This document shows, one piece after another, positions 9,755 to 22,157 of a stretch of DNA of 64,000 nucleotides. The notes beneath the pieces are model-generated. The model did not search any database. It was not told the origin of the DNA and worked only from the letters and a program-made list of their open reading frames with translations. Made by a program: the position numbers and the translations under genes. The stretch comes from Fidelibacterota bacterium (lineage in GTDB: Bacteria; Fidelibacterota; UBA8477; JABMPR01): contig JAERTH010000085.1 of NCBI GenBank assembly GCA_016844955.1, forward strand, positions 1,778 to 65,777, given 5' to 3'. Every line of letters begins with the position of its first letter. Position 1 is the stretch's first letter.

Positions 9755-12199
9755 CTATTTGACAACAATGTTTACAATTCTATTGGGAACCACGATCTCT
9801 TTAATGATAGTCTTACCCTGAACATGTTGTTTGATCGATTCCTGGGCAAAAGCTAATTCGAGTACAGCTTCTTTAGCAGCATCTACTTCTACATTAATCT
9901 GTGCTCTCACTCTACCATTGACCTGAACCGCAAGCTTTACAGTGTCCTTCACCAGATGGCTTTCGTCATACTCTGGCCAGCCCTTATAAGCTAAGGTGTC
10001 ACTATGACCTAGCAGTGACCACATTTCTTCAGCTATATGCGGTGCAAATGGATTTAGTAACATCAACAACGTTTCAAGTGCAGATTTGGGCACCTTGTTC
10101 AATGCGCGCAAATGATTAGAAAACACCATTAACTGAGAAATTCCAGTATTAAACGCTAAAGCGTCCAGATCATTTCCAACCTTTTTGATGCTGGCATGCA
10201 TCATAGTCAACGTTTCGGTGTCCGGTTGTGCATCATCCAAATCAATAATACCACCTTCGTCATTTACGAAATACCGCCACAGTCTGTTTAGAAAACGATA
10301 AACACCTTCTATCCCACTGGTATTCCAGGGTTTAGAACGTTCTAATGGTCCCATGAACATTTCATACAAACGCATGGTATCAGCGCCATACTGGCCCACA
10401 ACTTCATCAGGATTAATTACATTTCCTCGGGATTTGGACATCTTTTCCCCATCCATTCCCAGAATCATACCCTGATTCACCAGCCTTTGAAAAGGCTCCT
10501 TGGTTGATACATATCCCAGATCAAACAAAACCTTATGCCAGAATCTTGCATAAAGCAGGTGCAGAACCGCGTGTTCAGCGCCACCTATATACAGATCTAC
10601 GGGCATCCAATATTTCTCTTTTTCTAGATCCCAGGCCTGATCATTATTTTGAGGATCAATAAACCTGAGATAGTACCAGCAAGACCCTGCCCATTGTGGC
10701 ATTGTGTTGGTTTCGCGCTTATATACCTTACCGGACGCTGGGTCAACAACCTCCAACCATTCCTTGGCGTTTGCCAGAGGACTCTCACCTGTACCCGATG
10801 GTTTTATCCTGTCAAGAACTGGAAGTGTCAATGGTAAGTCACTATCAGACAGTGGGATAACATCATCTCCATCACGTAGTATTGGAAAAGGTTCACCCCA
10901 GTATCTCTGACGCGAAAAAAGCCAATCTCTTAGCTTATAATTAACTGCAATCTTTCCCTTACCAGTTTTTTCCAGCCATTCCCCTGTTTTTTTGATTGCC
11001 ACGCTGGGCTTCAATCCATTTATGGAAAATGACGCATCTGGAGTTGCAGAGTTGACCATTACCCCAGCTTCAATCTGTGTAAAAGCTTCCTCAGTGATAT
11101 CTCCACCTGAGACTACTTCTCTAATTGAGAGATCGAATGCTTTAGCAAATTCATAATCACGAGTATCATGAGCTGGAACTGCCATAATGGCTCCTGTACC
11201 GTAACTCATGAGCACATAATCACTTACCCAGATAGGGATTAATTCTTCATTCACAGGGTTTACGGCGTAGGCACCCGTGAATACACCTGATTTCTCTTTG
11301 GCCAGTTCGGTTCGGTCCAGATCGCTTTTCCGCTCAGCCTTAACTCGATAGGCTTCAACTGATTCTAGTTGGTCAGGATTGGTGATCTGCTGGACATATG
11401 GATGTTCAGGTGCCATAACCATATAAGTGGCTCCAAAAAGTGTATCTGGCCGGGTAGTAAAGACCTTTAAGGACAGATCGAAGCCATTGATCGGAAAATT
11501 GACCTCGGCCCCTTCACTCTTACCAATCCAATTGCGCTGCATATCTTTGATCGATTCAGACCAGTCCAGATCGTCCAGATCTGTAAGCAATCGGTCAGCA
11601 TACGCGGTGATCTTTAACATCCATTGGCGCATGGGTTTACGGATAACCGGATGACCACCACGCTCGGATTTACCATCGATTACTTCCTCATTAGCCAGGA
11701 CTGTACCCAGTTCCGGGCACCAGTTGACGGCTACCTCAGCCTCGTATGCCAATCCCTTCTTATATAACTGAAGAAAAATCCATTGGGTCCATTTGTAATA
11801 GGCCTCATCCGTTGTATTTATCTCACGATCCCAGTCATAAGAAAAACCAAGGGACTGAATCTGACGCTTGAATGTGGCAATATTTTCAGCGGTCTTTATT
11901 GCAGGTGGAGTACCAGTTTCTATTGCATACTGCTCTGCAGGAAGACCAAAAGCATCCCAACCCATTGGATGAAGTACATTAAAGCCACGCATTCGCTTAT
12001 ATCGTGCGATAATGTCAGTCGCTGTATATCCCTCAGGATGACCGACATGCAGACCTGCACCTGAAGGATATGGAAACATATCCAGGATATAGTATTTGGG
12101 CTTCTCAGTTAGATTATCTGAAGCTTTAAATGTCTTGTTTTCTTCCCAGTATTTCTGCCATTTCGATTCTATTTGATCAAATGGATATCGCTCAGCCAT
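9755..12199 (-). CDS. leuS: Leucine--tRNA ligase
   Basis: [33 protein letters not shown] editing domain, KMSKS. Start reassigned to MAERYP at 12199 because the longer ORF runs into the repeat array. Confidence 0.97.
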   Translation of the reverse strand: MAERYPFDQIESKWQKYWEENKTFKASDNLTEKPKYYILDMFPYPSGAGLHVGHPEGYTATDIIARYKRMRGFNVLHPMGWDAFGLPAEQYAIETGTPPAIKTAENIATFKRQIQSLGFSYDWDREINTTDEAYYKWTQWIFLQLYKKGLAYEAEVAVNWCPELGTVLANEEVIDGKSERGGHPVIRKPMRQWMLKITAYADRLLTDLDDLDWSESIKDMQRNWIGKSEGAEVNFPINGFDLSLKVFTTRPDTLFGATYMVMAPEHPYVQQITNPDQLESVEAYRVKAERKSDLDRTELAKEKSGVFTGAYAVNPVNEELIPIWVSDYVLMSYGTGAIMAVPAHDTRDYEFAKAFDLSIREVVSGGDITEEAFTQIEAGVMVNSATPDASFSINGLKPSVAIKKTGEWLEKTGKGKIAVNYKLRDWLFSRQRYWGEPFPILRDGDDVIPLSDSDLPLTLPVLDRIKPSGTGESPLANAKEWLEVVDPASGKVYKRETNTMPQWAGSCWYYLRFIDPQNNDQAWDLEKEKYWMPVDLYIGGAEHAVLHLLYARFWHKVLFDLGYVSTKEPFQRLVNQGMILGMDGEKMSKSRGNVINPDEVVGQYGADTMRLYEMFMGPLERSKPWNTSGIEGVYRFLNRLWRYFVNDEGGIIDLDDAQPDTETLTMMHASIKKVGNDLDALAFNTGISQLMVFSNHLRALNKVPKSALETLLMLLNPFAPHIAEEMWSLLGHSDTLAYKGWPEYDESHLVKDTVKLAVQVNGRVRAQINVEVDAAKEAVLELAFAQESIKQHVQGKTIIKEIVVPNRIVNIVVK

Positions 12200-12214
12200 A
12201 ATCTTCCCTATTCT

Positions 12215-12243
12215 AAATAAAAAGCGCGGACTCAGATCCGCGC
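12215..12243 (-). terminator. Intrinsic terminator after the tRNA-Pro repeat array, 15 nt upstream of leuS
   Basis: GCGCGGA-TCTGAG-TCCGCGC-TTTTTATTT on the minus strand. Confidence 0.8.
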
Positions 12244-12258
12244 CGTAATCACTACCCC

Positions 12259-12660
<402 letters not shown>

Positions 12661-12680
12661 AATTTCTTAAAAAGCGCGAT

Positions 12681-12709
12681 AGTATATCATTCTCATTAAC
12701 GGTTAGCAA
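12681..12709 (-). promoter_or_regulatory. Sigma70 promoter of tRNA-Pro
   Basis: TTGCTA, 17 nt, TATACT with extended TGn, then ATCGCGC-TTTTTAAG. Confidence 0.75.
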
Positions 12710-12740
12710 AAGTTTAATTGATGCACGGTGTGGCATGACC

Positions 12741-13235
12741 CTATCCAAGCACTTTTACACCTGTAGTGGTGATGATTGTGACAATGGTAGCGCTCATCAG
12801 TAGCCCTGTGATAATTGCCAGGAATGATTTTCGATATGACAATCCAAACAGGAAAGCAGCTGCAGCACCAGTCCATGCCCCAGTTACTGGCAGTGGAATA
12901 CCCACAAACACCACCAGCCCCAGAAATTCCCAAGTTTCAATCATCTTACCCTTGCGTCTGGTGCGTGTGAATAGCCAGTTAAAGAACTTTTCACCCATTG
13001 GCCAGCGCATGAGAAATTTAGATACGGGTCCAAGCAGTAAAACGATGGGGATTGAGATAATGAAGTTGCCTGCCACTGCCCATGCATACGCCTGATACCA
13101 GGGCATTTCACCAAAAGTCATGCCCCAGGGCAATGCTACACGCAATTCACCAATAGGTGTCATGGCCAGCAAAAATGTAATCCAACGTGGATCCTGTATG
13201 AATTCTTGAAAAAAATGAAGTACTGATTCTACCAC
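12741..13235 (-). CDS. Small multidrug export-like membrane protein (COG2426)
   Basis: TPIGELRVALPWG, FVGIPLPVTGAWTG. Confidence 0.85.
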   Translation of the reverse strand: MVESVLHFFQEFIQDPRWITFLLAMTPIGELRVALPWGMTFGEMPWYQAYAWAVAGNFIISIPIVLLLGPVSKFLMRWPMGEKFFNWLFTRTRRKGKMIETWEFLGLVVFVGIPLPVTGAWTGAAAAFLFGLSYRKSFLAIITGLLMSATIVTIITTTGVKVLG

Positions 13236-13906
13236 TTAAAACTCCTGAAAAATGTTCTCACAAAACGTAATGTATCCTTGAGAAGATGCATGTGACTCCC
13301 CTCAGTACTATAAATAACCGGAATCGACTGCCAGAGTAAGTTAATTTTTAACATTGAAACATTAAAAAATACAGCAGATTCGAACTGGAACCCCTCTTCA
13401 TCAGATATCCATAATCGACTGTCATTCAATGGGTAACACCTGTAGCCAACCTGACTATCATAAATTCGTTGGCCCGTTCTAAGCGAAAGTATCATACTTG
13501 TAATGTTATTGGATACTTTTCGGTGGAGAGGCATATCCACATTGACGAGATCACGTTGTCCAACTATAATTGACCCGGGGTTCAGAGTGGCTTTTCCAAC
13601 AAAATCATGAATTATCTGAGGATCATGCTGGCCATCAGCATCCAGCGTGATGGCATGCGTGAATCCAGCCTGTGATGACATATTTAGTCCAGACTTCAAG
13701 GCTGCTCCCTTGCCCCTGTTGATCCCATGTTCGAGATAGGCAATCCCTGGTGCATCTTCCTTGCACAAACCATCTGTCGAACCATCATTCACGACGAGAA
13801 TGGGATAATGAGAATTACTTTTTACCTGCTGAACAAGCTTTAAAAGAGAATCCCGGCCATTGTAGACCGGGATTACTATGATTGGATTTATGGGGTGGGT
13901 GTTCAC
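13229..13906 (-). CDS. Glycosyltransferase family 2
   Basis: IPVYN, VNDGSTD, NRGKGAAL, DADGQH, DSQVGYR. Confidence 0.9.
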   Translation of the reverse strand: MNTHPINPIIVIPVYNGRDSLLKLVQQVKSNSHYPILVVNDGSTDGLCKEDAPGIAYLEHGINRGKGAALKSGLNMSSQAGFTHAITLDADGQHDPQIIHDFVGKATLNPGSIIVGQRDLVNVDMPLHRKVSNNITSMILSLRTGQRIYDSQVGYRCYPLNDSRLWISDEEGFQFESAVFFNVSMLKINLLWQSIPVIYSTEGSHMHLLKDTLRFVRTFFRSFKW

Positions 13907-13913
13907 AAAGTGG

Positions 13914-16385
13914 CTATTCTTGATTTAAAGATGCCTTTTCCTGTGATTTGTTAGGTTTTTTTCCGTCTGAGACACTGAAGTTAAGAATTTTCTTCTTTAC
14001 AGAGACTTTAATGATGGAATCTGATTTAACCTCACCTTTCAAAGTCATTTCAGCAATTCTATCCTCAATCATATTCTGAATAATACGACGCAAGGGACGG
14101 GCACCATATTCAGCATCTATTTCCTGATCAATGATCAAAGCCTTTGCCGCTGGACTTAATTTAATCTGAACATTCTTCTCATTAGCGTAATTGCTTACAT
14201 CTTCTAGGATTAAATCAACGATCTGAATTAAGTCCTTGCGTGTCAGTGAGTTAAAGACAAGTGATTCAGTAAGACGATTAATGAATTCAGGTTTGAAAGT
14301 CTGTTTCATTTCCTTGTTGATCTTGGAACGTTGCTCAGTATTAACAGCCTCATGATCCTTCCGGTTAAAACCAATTCCTGGTTGAGCCAGGTTCTTGAGT
14401 CCCAAATTGGAAGTCATGATTAGAATACAATTTTTAAAATCTACTGTATGACCAAGACTATCAGTCAAATGCCCCTCATCCATGATCTGAAGCAGCATAT
14501 TGTAGACTTCAGGATGGGCTTTTTCGATTTCATCAAACAGAACCACACTGTATGGATTTCGCCGTACCGCTTCGGTCAGGGTTCCCCCCTCTTCATAGCC
14601 CACATATCCCGGAGGGGCACCGATGAGTCGACTCACGTTAAAACGTTCCGAATATTCTGACATATCCATCTTGATCAGAGCTTTTTCATCCTGATAGATG
14701 TACTTGGCCAAAACTTTGGCCATTTCCGTTTTTCCTACACCTGTAGGTCCCAGGAATAGAAAAGAGCCAATGGGACGACGTGGATCGCGAAAACCGCTGC
14801 GAGCCCTTCTTAAGGCTTTGGCCATGGATTTGATAACATGCTCCTGCCCCACCAGGTGCTTAACCAGTTCTGCTTCCAGCTTCAGCAGTCGTTCTGCTTC
14901 GCTTTCAGCCACATCCTGGATAGGAATGCTGGTGATAAGAGAAACTACAGCTGCCATATCCTCCACCGTCACGACAGGTGGATCAATTTTCATGGCAGTA
15001 TTCCACTCGTCATTTGCTTCAGCTAACTTCTGGGTGAGCTTCCGTTCATCATCACGTAATGAGGCCGCCAGTTCAAACTCCTGATTTCTGACTACATCCT
15101 CTTTGCGAATACGCAGATTGTCCAGATCGGCTTCAAGTTTTACGATGTTTTCAGGGATATCAACATTGGCTAGATGCACTCTGGCACCGGCCTCATCCAT
15201 AACATCAATGGCTTTATCCGGGTGAAACTTGTCCTGGATGTAACGACTGGAATAAGAAACCGCAGCTTCCAGTGACTCGTCGCTGTACTGGACATTGTGA
15301 TGTGCTTCGTAGCGGTCTTTTAGACCATGCAGGATCTGGAGAGACTCTTTTCGTGAAGGAGGTTCCACCATAACTTTCTGAAAACGACGCTCCAGAGCCC
15401 CATCCTTCTCCACATACTTCCTGAATTCATCAAGCGTAGTGGCTCCGATACATTGGAGATCACCCCTGGCTAATGCAGGTTTAAACATATTACTTGCATC
15501 CATAGACCCACTAGCTGACCCGGCACCGACAATGGTATGAAGTTCATCGATGAATAAAATTATATCATCATTCTTCTCTAGCTCAGAAGTGACGGCCTTC
15601 ATCCTCTCTTCAAACTGGCCACGATACTTGGTGCCCGCTATCAAAGCAGCCAAATCAAGGGAAACAACGCGTTTACTCAAAAGAATGCGAGGTACTTTCT
15701 TTCCGATGATCCGCAGTGCCAGACCTTCAGCTATTGCTGTTTTACCAACACCAGGTTCACCAATTAAAACTGGATTATTTTTCTTTCGTCTGGAAAGAAT
15801 TTGAGCGACCCGTTCAATTTCTTTGTCGCGTCCGATGACAGGATCCAATTTACCTGCTCGAGCATGGGCGGTCATATCCCGACCAAAATGATCCAGGGCT
15901 GGAGTTTTACTCTGTGGTTTGCCTTTGATGCCTTCAGTTTCGCGATTGCCAGTTTCTGGTGAGAATTCCATCTCATCGCGAACGATTTCATAATCAATAC
16001 TGAATTGAGCCAGCATATCAGCAGCAATCCCTTCCTGCTCCCTGAGTATGGCCAGCAAAAGGTGCTCAACATCTACGATGTCTGCATTCAGATCCCGTGC
16101 TTCCTGGTAGGTATTCTTAAGAATTCTCTCAGCACGCTTGGTAAACGGTAGCGTTCCCAGAATCATGGTACCACCAGAGGTGCGAATCTGCTCCTCAATG
16201 TGGGTCTTAATTTCGTTGACATCAATATTCAGGGATTGGAGTATGTCAATTACCTTGTTATCACCCTGCCTGAAGATTCCTAACAGTAAGTGTTCTGACC
16301 CTATGTATGCGTGTCCCAGTCGTATTGCTTCCTCTTTGGAGAGCTGAATGACGGCCTGGAGTTTTTTGTGGAAATTTGCTTTCAA
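13914..16385 (-). CDS. clpC: ATP-dependent Clp protease ATP-binding subunit ClpC
   Basis: Clp N repeats, two AAA modules ([16 protein letters not shown]), UVR-like middle domain, IGF loop. Confidence 0.95.
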   Translation of the reverse strand: MKANFHKKLQAVIQLSKEEAIRLGHAYIGSEHLLLGIFRQGDNKVIDILQSLNIDVNEIKTHIEEQIRTSGGTMILGTLPFTKRAERILKNTYQEARDLNADIVDVEHLLLAILREQEGIAADMLAQFSIDYEIVRDEMEFSPETGNRETEGIKGKPQSKTPALDHFGRDMTAHARAGKLDPVIGRDKEIERVAQILSRRKKNNPVLIGEPGVGKTAIAEGLALRIIGKKVPRILLSKRVVSLDLAALIAGTKYRGQFEERMKAVTSELEKNDDIILFIDELHTIVGAGSASGSMDASNMFKPALARGDLQCIGATTLDEFRKYVEKDGALERRFQKVMVEPPSRKESLQILHGLKDRYEAHHNVQYSDESLEAAVSYSSRYIQDKFHPDKAIDVMDEAGARVHLANVDIPENIVKLEADLDNLRIRKEDVVRNQEFELAASLRDDERKLTQKLAEANDEWNTAMKIDPPVVTVEDMAAVVSLITSIPIQDVAESEAERLLKLEAELVKHLVGQEHVIKSMAKALRRARSGFRDPRRPIGSFLFLGPTGVGKTEMAKVLAKYIYQDEKALIKMDMSEYSERFNVSRLIGAPPGYVGYEEGGTLTEAVRRNPYSVVLFDEIEKAHPEVYNMLLQIMDEGHLTDSLGHTVDFKNCILIMTSNLGLKNLAQPGIGFNRKDHEAVNTEQRSKINKEMKQTFKPEFINRLTESLVFNSLTRKDLIQIVDLILEDVSNYANEKNVQIKLSPAAKALIIDQEIDAEYGARPLRRIIQNMIEDRIAEMTLKGEVKSDSIIKVSVKKKILNFSVSDGKKPNKSQEKASLNQE

Positions 16386-16474
16386 TTTATAACCTCAATA
16401 ATTATTCAAGTTTCAATAGCTATCAATATAGGGCATGAACCCATTAGAGTACAACGTTGTGAGAATTATTTTGT

Positions 16475-17131
16475 TCAGGAAAGAGTTATGACACGATCAC
16501 ATGCAGCAGATAATGATCGACTATGGGTTGCAATAAGAAAGGATTGTTCAAAACTTTCACGTACGGAATGTATCAGATCAATGAGACGTTTTCCGTTGTC
16601 AGGATCAAGATTTCCCGTTGGCTCATCTGCCAGAACCAACTCAGGCCGGTTCATTAATGCACGGGCTACAGCCACCCTTTGCCTTTCTCCGCCAGATAAC
16701 TGCGAAGGCTTGTGGTGACGTCTAGAGTATAATCCAACGGCTTCAAGGAGCGTTTTCGCACGCACACGGGCCAGTTTTTTGTCCAGATCAACAATTTTAG
16801 CCGGGATAAGCACATTTTCTTCTGCAGTAAACTCTGGGAGCAAGTGATGGAACTGAAAAATGTAGCCGAGATTTTCGGCTCGAAACTGGCTTAGGTGTTC
16901 ATCATTTAAATGATGAGGCTGAATTCCAGAAATTATTAAATCGCCGGAGTCTGCAGTATCCAGTGTTCCTATAATGTTCAACAGGGTAGTTTTGCCAATC
17001 CCTGAGGGACCGTTTATAGCCACAATTTCTCCACGCTTCATTTCCAGGTTGATATTTTCAAAGACCTGCAATTTCCGCCCGATGCCAGGGTAACTTTTAT
17101 ACATATCAATGACTTGAAGAACGGTATCCAT
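16475..17131 (-). CDS. lolD: Lipoprotein-releasing ABC transporter ATP-binding protein
   Basis: GPSGIGKT, FQFHHLLPEF, LSGGERQR, ADEPTGNLD. Start reassigned to MDTVLQ. Confidence 0.88.
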   Translation of the reverse strand: MDTVLQVIDMYKSYPGIGRKLQVFENINLEMKRGEIVAINGPSGIGKTTLLNIIGTLDTADSGDLIISGIQPHHLNDEHLSQFRAENLGYIFQFHHLLPEFTAEENVLIPAKIVDLDKKLARVRAKTLLEAVGLYSRRHHKPSQLSGGERQRVAVARALMNRPELVLADEPTGNLDPDNGKRLIDLIHSVRESFEQSFLIATHSRSLSAACDRVITLS

Positions 17132-17141
17132 AGTGCTCTCG

Positions 17142-18341
17142 CTACCTTTTGTAGTTAATTGCATCAAGGGGCAACAAATTTGCAGCCTTCTTTGATGGAT
17201 ATCTGATTGAAAGTAGTACAATTGCGAAGGCAACTACACCCACAGTAGCAACTTCTTCCCAATACATCTCTACGGGTAAAACAGGAATCAAGTATATATC
17301 ATCAGGCAGAGCAATCCATCCCCAATACGCCTGCGATAACACAAGTAGGGAACCAACCAACATGCCCAGAAAAACACCCAGGAAGGCTACAATAACACCC
17401 TGGTAGTTGAATATCTTGCGAATATTTGTTGAGGTGGCACCCATAATGCGAATAATACCAATATCCCCCGTCTTCTCAAGGACCAGCATCATCAATGAGC
17501 TTACAATATTAAAAACCGCGATCATAATGATCAAATTGAGTCCGATGAAACTGCCCCATTTTTCCATGCGCATGGCGTCAAACAAGGTTTTATGCTGATC
17601 ATGCCAACTCTTCACTTCTACATGGGGTAGTTGCGTATGTATTGTGGCTTTAGCTTCATTTGCGGAGTTGAAATCATACAATTGGATATGAATGTGCTCT
17701 TTTCCAGCCGATTTGAACATTCTGCGACCCTCTGCATAGCCAATTATTGCTAAACTCCGATCAAAATCAAAAATATCAGATTTGAATATCCCCGTTATAA
17801 CAAAATGACGTTGGGGTATTCGAAACAGACCGGGACGGGCATCCAGGGGGCTCTGTACTGCGACTGTATCTCCTACGGTTAGAAAATATTTGTCTGCGAT
17901 AGCAGCTCCCAGGACAATACCAGGCAAGCCATAAAGAGTAGGGGTCAGGCGCCCCCTACTGGTTGAATCTGAATATTGACCTGTGAGTAAATAATCCCAT
18001 TGTTCCTGATCGATGGCCCTGATGTTTAAAACCATTTGGTCATCTAAAACATTGAGAATGGCCTTTCGCTCAGTGCTGTAGTAGACTGATATTGCGTTTG
18101 GCAGTGCTGTTCGAACGGAGTCAATATCAACCTCAGATGAAATGACTAAATGGGGGATGAAATTGGCTATTCTGCGGGTAACCTCACCCTCAAATCCATT
18201 CAGAATCGCCATGGTAATAATCAATGCGATCACTCCAACGGCAATACCAACAACAGAGATGCCACCAACCAGACTGATAAACCTATTGCTGCGTTTGGCG
18301 AAGAAGTAGCGCCTGGCCATATACCAATTCAGCTGACTCAT
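17142..18341 (-). CDS. LolC/E-family lipoprotein-releasing permease
   Basis: MacB/FtsX architecture; MAILNGF, FNIVSSLMMLVLEK. Confidence 0.88.
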   Translation of the reverse strand: MSQLNWYMARRYFFAKRSNRFISLVGGISVVGIAVGVIALIITMAILNGFEGEVTRRIANFIPHLVISSEVDIDSVRTALPNAISVYYSTERKAILNVLDDQMVLNIRAIDQEQWDYLLTGQYSDSTSRGRLTPTLYGLPGIVLGAAIADKYFLTVGDTVAVQSPLDARPGLFRIPQRHFVITGIFKSDIFDFDRSLAIIGYAEGRRMFKSAGKEHIHIQLYDFNSANEAKATIHTQLPHVEVKSWHDQHKTLFDAMRMEKWGSFIGLNLIIMIAVFNIVSSLMMLVLEKTGDIGIIRIMGATSTNIRKIFNYQGVIVAFLGVFLGMLVGSLLVLSQAYWGWIALPDDIYLIPVLPVEMYWEEVATVGVVAFAIVLLSIRYPSKKAANLLPLDAINYKR

Positions 18342-19540
18342 TCATCCCTCAATGTATCTATGGGTTGCAACCGGGTAGCTTGCATCGCTGGTGCTAGTGA
18401 TGAAAGGATAGCCAGAAGTATCACTCCTGCAGAGATGATGATCACATCCTGGGGATTGATCAAAATGGATACTTTATCCATAAAATAGATATCACTGGGA
18501 AGTGAGATCAGACCATATGTACTCTGCAGCCAGGTCAAAAGAAGTGAAAATAGAATACCCATGATGGTTCCAATAAGTCCCATCATGAGGCCTTCCAGTG
18601 CAAATATGCGCCATATGCGCTTACGACTGGTACCCAGAGCTCTCAGCGTCCCTATCTCACTGCGCTTTTCCATAATTATGAGTATCAAGGTGCTGCCAAT
18701 ATTGATCACTGCCACCAACATGATGAGACTGAAGATGACAAAGATTGGCAGTTGTTGAGTTTTCATCCAATTGAAAAGTGTCTGATGCCGATCGCGCCAG
18801 GAAATGGATAAGTGTGAATAGGTAAGTATTTCGTCGACCTGATCCAGTACCCCATTGGTGAGTGAAATATCTGAAAGAAAAATTCCATAGTCATCTTTAT
18901 TCACTATACCCGGAAATAGATCATCCAAGGTTTCCAATGAGCAATATAGATAACTCTTATCGTAATCAACCATCCCAGACTCATAGATTGCCTTGACCTG
19001 TGTATGGGCAATTGACGGCATTCCGATTTGATCCTCAAATGATCCCAAATCATAGGCCAGCAGAGGATCACCGACACTTACTTCCAACATTTCTGCCAGG
19101 GCTGCCCCCATGATGAGACCTGATTCACCTGAATCCGTAGTGGTAAGGTTCTCACTAACGGAATAAAGGCGTTTCATAGCTGACATGGGCATGACCTCGA
19201 GCAGAGCACCTTCCGTGATGCCATTAGCTTTCAGCATAATCTCAGCTTTTCTGATGGGAAAAATTTGATCTACGCCAGGAATAGCCGAAATATCAGCAAT
19301 CTGATCTTCAGAAAGATCGTTTCCAGATTCGAACAGCTTTTCAATGCGGATATGGGTATCAAAACCAATGATCTTTTGAGTAACAACGGATTCAAACCCG
19401 CCCATGATACCCAGGGCCAGAATGAGGGTTGTAACCCCCAGAGCCATCCCGATCATCGTAGTACGGGAAATGAATGCTATAAACGGAACCCGATGTTTAC
19501 CGAATAAATACCGTGTGGCAAGATAGCCCGTATAGGACAC
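18338..19540 (-). CDS. LolC/E-family lipoprotein-releasing permease
   Basis: Paralogous architecture; IMGGF, EKRSEIGTLRALG, DIYF. Confidence 0.88.
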   Translation of the reverse strand: MSYTGYLATRYLFGKHRVPFIAFISRTTMIGMALGVTTLILALGIMGGFESVVTQKIIGFDTHIRIEKLFESGNDLSEDQIADISAIPGVDQIFPIRKAEIMLKANGITEGALLEVMPMSAMKRLYSVSENLTTTDSGESGLIMGAALAEMLEVSVGDPLLAYDLGSFEDQIGMPSIAHTQVKAIYESGMVDYDKSYLYCSLETLDDLFPGIVNKDDYGIFLSDISLTNGVLDQVDEILTYSHLSISWRDRHQTLFNWMKTQQLPIFVIFSLIMLVAVINIGSTLILIIMEKRSEIGTLRALGTSRKRIWRIFALEGLMMGLIGTIMGILFSLLLTWLQSTYGLISLPSDIYFMDKVSILINPQDVIIISAGVILLAILSSLAPAMQATRLQPIDTLRDE

Positions 19541-19556
19541 GAGTCAGTCTCTAAAC

Positions 19557-21050
19557 CTAACCTTTGGATTCAGGACGCATTTGAGGAAAGAGCAGTACAT
19601 CACGAATGGATTGATTCCCTGTTAACATCATAACCAGCCGGTCAAGACCCACTCCAACACCACCAGTAGGTGGCATTCCATATTCCATGGCCTGGAGAAA
19701 GTCTTCATCAACGGGTTGGGCTTCTTCATCCCCTGCCGCTCTCAATGCTGCCTGTGCTTCCAGGCGTTCTCTTTGATCAATAGGATCATTTAGCTCCGTA
19801 AAGGCATTGGCAAATTCGTTGCCAGCGATGAATAATTCAAAACGCTCCACAAAAGTACCATCGCTATCCCGTTTATGTTTTGCTAGGGGTGAAATAGCTT
19901 TTGGATATTCTGTTACAAAAGTTGGATGAATCAGATGTGGCTGAACCAACTCATCAAAAAGTGCATCCAGGAGTTGTCCATAGTTGGAATTACCTGGAGC
20001 ATCGATATTATTGTCACGGCATACTTTGAGTAATTCGGCCTCATCTGCCTGTGAGAGATCAAGTTTTGCGTATTCTTGAACCAGGTCAGCCATGGTGGCT
20101 CGAATGAAGGGCTGTGTGAGATCAATATCATGACCATTAAATGCAAAAACCGTCTGATCTAGATCTTTTGCCAGATGTTTGAACAGTGACTCTACTTGAT
20201 CCATTAGGTAGTAATAATCTACATATGCTTCATACCACTCAATGGCAGTGAACTCTGGATTGTGAGTTCGATCCATCCCTTCGTTTCTAAAATTTCTGGA
20301 AAACTCGAAAACCTTCTCAAAGCCACCAATGATCAAGCGTTTTAGATAGAGTTCATCTGCAATTCTCAAGAAGAGATCAATATCCAATGCATTGTGATGC
20401 GTTTTGAATGGTCGAGCTGATGCTCCACCATATAAAGGCTGTAGAATTGGGGTTTCTACTTCCAAGTACTCTGAATCATCAAAGAAAGTACGGATACTCT
20501 TATATATTTTGGCCCTTTTAACGAAAGTTTCCTTGACCTCAGGGTTGACAATGAGATCCAGATAACGTTTGCGATAACGCTGCTCCTTATCCTCGAATCC
20601 ATCAAAGAGCTGACCATCTTTCTCTTTTACGTTGGGCAAAGGTCTGACATTCTTGGACAGCAAGGTCATTTCATGCACCTTCAAAGTCTTTTCCCCAGTG
20701 CGAGTAGTCATTAGTTCACCACTCACCCCGATAAAATCGCCTATATCTAAAGATTTGAACAGAGTATAGGACTCAACACCAATATCTTCACGACTCAGAT
20801 AGAGCTGAATCCTTCCAGATCCATCCATAATATTGGCAAAGCTGGCTTTCCCCATGACACGTCGAGACATGAGTCTACCGGCCAGCCGGGTACCTGTCTG
20901 CCCCTGTAGTTCATCAAATTGATCCAATGCATCTTCAATTTTATGGCTCCGGTCATAGGTATGTGGAAAGGGATTAACACCCTCTGCGACCAGAGATTTA
21001 ATTTTCTCTTTCCGCTGATCCATTATTTCGTTTAGGGTACGTTCGCTCAT
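19557..21050 (-). CDS. lysS: Lysine--tRNA ligase (class II)
   Basis: YGGASARPF, FRNEG, HNPEFT, YGMPPTGG. Confidence 0.97.
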   Translation of the reverse strand: MSERTLNEIMDQRKEKIKSLVAEGVNPFPHTYDRSHKIEDALDQFDELQGQTGTRLAGRLMSRRVMGKASFANIMDGSGRIQLYLSREDIGVESYTLFKSLDIGDFIGVSGELMTTRTGEKTLKVHEMTLLSKNVRPLPNVKEKDGQLFDGFEDKEQRYRKRYLDLIVNPEVKETFVKRAKIYKSIRTFFDDSEYLEVETPILQPLYGGASARPFKTHHNALDIDLFLRIADELYLKRLIIGGFEKVFEFSRNFRNEGMDRTHNPEFTAIEWYEAYVDYYYLMDQVESLFKHLAKDLDQTVFAFNGHDIDLTQPFIRATMADLVQEYAKLDLSQADEAELLKVCRDNNIDAPGNSNYGQLLDALFDELVQPHLIHPTFVTEYPKAISPLAKHKRDSDGTFVERFELFIAGNEFANAFTELNDPIDQRERLEAQAALRAAGDEEAQPVDEDFLQAMEYGMPPTGGVGVGLDRLVMMLTGNQSIRDVLLFPQMRPESKG

Positions 21051-22157
21051 GAGGATTCTTTTCCCATTTGATTCAATAAAAATGCTTTGATAAAACCGTC
21101 TAATTCTCCGTTCATCACTGCCTGGATATTACCGGTTTCGTGTTTAGTTCGATGATCTTTTACCATGGTATATGGATGGAAGACATAGGATCTGATTTGA
21201 TTTCCCCAGCCAATCTCTGTCTTGGAAGATGACATCTGGTCCATCTTGGCCTGCTCTTTTTCTTTTTCAAGCTGATAGAGTCGGGCTTTGAGCATCTTCA
21301 TGGCCGTTTCTTTGTTCTTGTGCTGGGAACGTTCATTCTGACACTGCACAACAATCCCTGTCGGCGCATGGGTGAGTCTTACTGCTGAGTCAGTTTTGTT
21401 GATATGTTGACCACCGGCACCACTGGCACGATAGGTATCCACCCTGACTTCACTCATATCGATGACAATTTCTATCTCAGTCTCATAGATCGGATACACA
21501 AAAACGGATGCAAATGAGGTGTGACGACGAGATTGGGAATCAAAAGGACTGATCCGCACCAGCCTGTGAATACCATTTTCTGCCTTTAGATAGCCAAAGG
21601 CATAGTCACCTTTGACCTCAATGGTTGCATCCTTCAACCCTGCTTCATCGCCTGGCAGATAGTCAAGCGCTTTCCAGCTCCAGCCACAATTGTCGAAATA
21701 TCGGGTATACATGCGGTAGAGCATTTCAGCCCAATCCTGAGATTCTGTGCCCCCTGCACCAGGGTGGATCGTGACGATACAATTGAGGGAATCGTCTTCA
21801 TCACTCAATAGCTGACGCAGTTCGTAATCTTCCAGAGTTTTTCGAAAATTGTGTAGCGATCTTTTTAAGTCATTACTCAGGGACTCATCCTGATCTTCCA
21901 GTGCCAGCTCCATAAGGATGTCAAGATCCTCCTCATGCGTGAGAACATTCTCCCAATCAGATATCTGGGATTCAAGTAGATTAATTTGCTTTAAGGTTTG
22001 TTGAGCGTGGGCTTGATCACTCCAGAAATCATCTTTAACGGAAAGTGATTTTAAATCATCAAGACTGGATTGGACCTCAGCGAGGTCAAAGATGCCCCCT
22101 CAGCGTGTCGAGACGCTGCTTAAGTCCACCCATTTCATCTTTAATTTCTTCAAACAT
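21047..22157 (-). CDS. prfB: Peptide chain release factor 2, with programmed +1 frameshift
   Basis: SPF and GGQ motifs. Upstream frame MFEEIKDEMGGLKQRLDTLRGHL ends at AGGGGG-CAT-CTT-TGA-C and continues in the +1 frame as DLAEVQ. Confidence 0.96.
22085..22100 (-). promoter_or_regulatory. prfB +1 frameshift site
   Basis: Internal SD AGGGGG, 3 nt, CTT TGA C. Confidence 0.93.
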
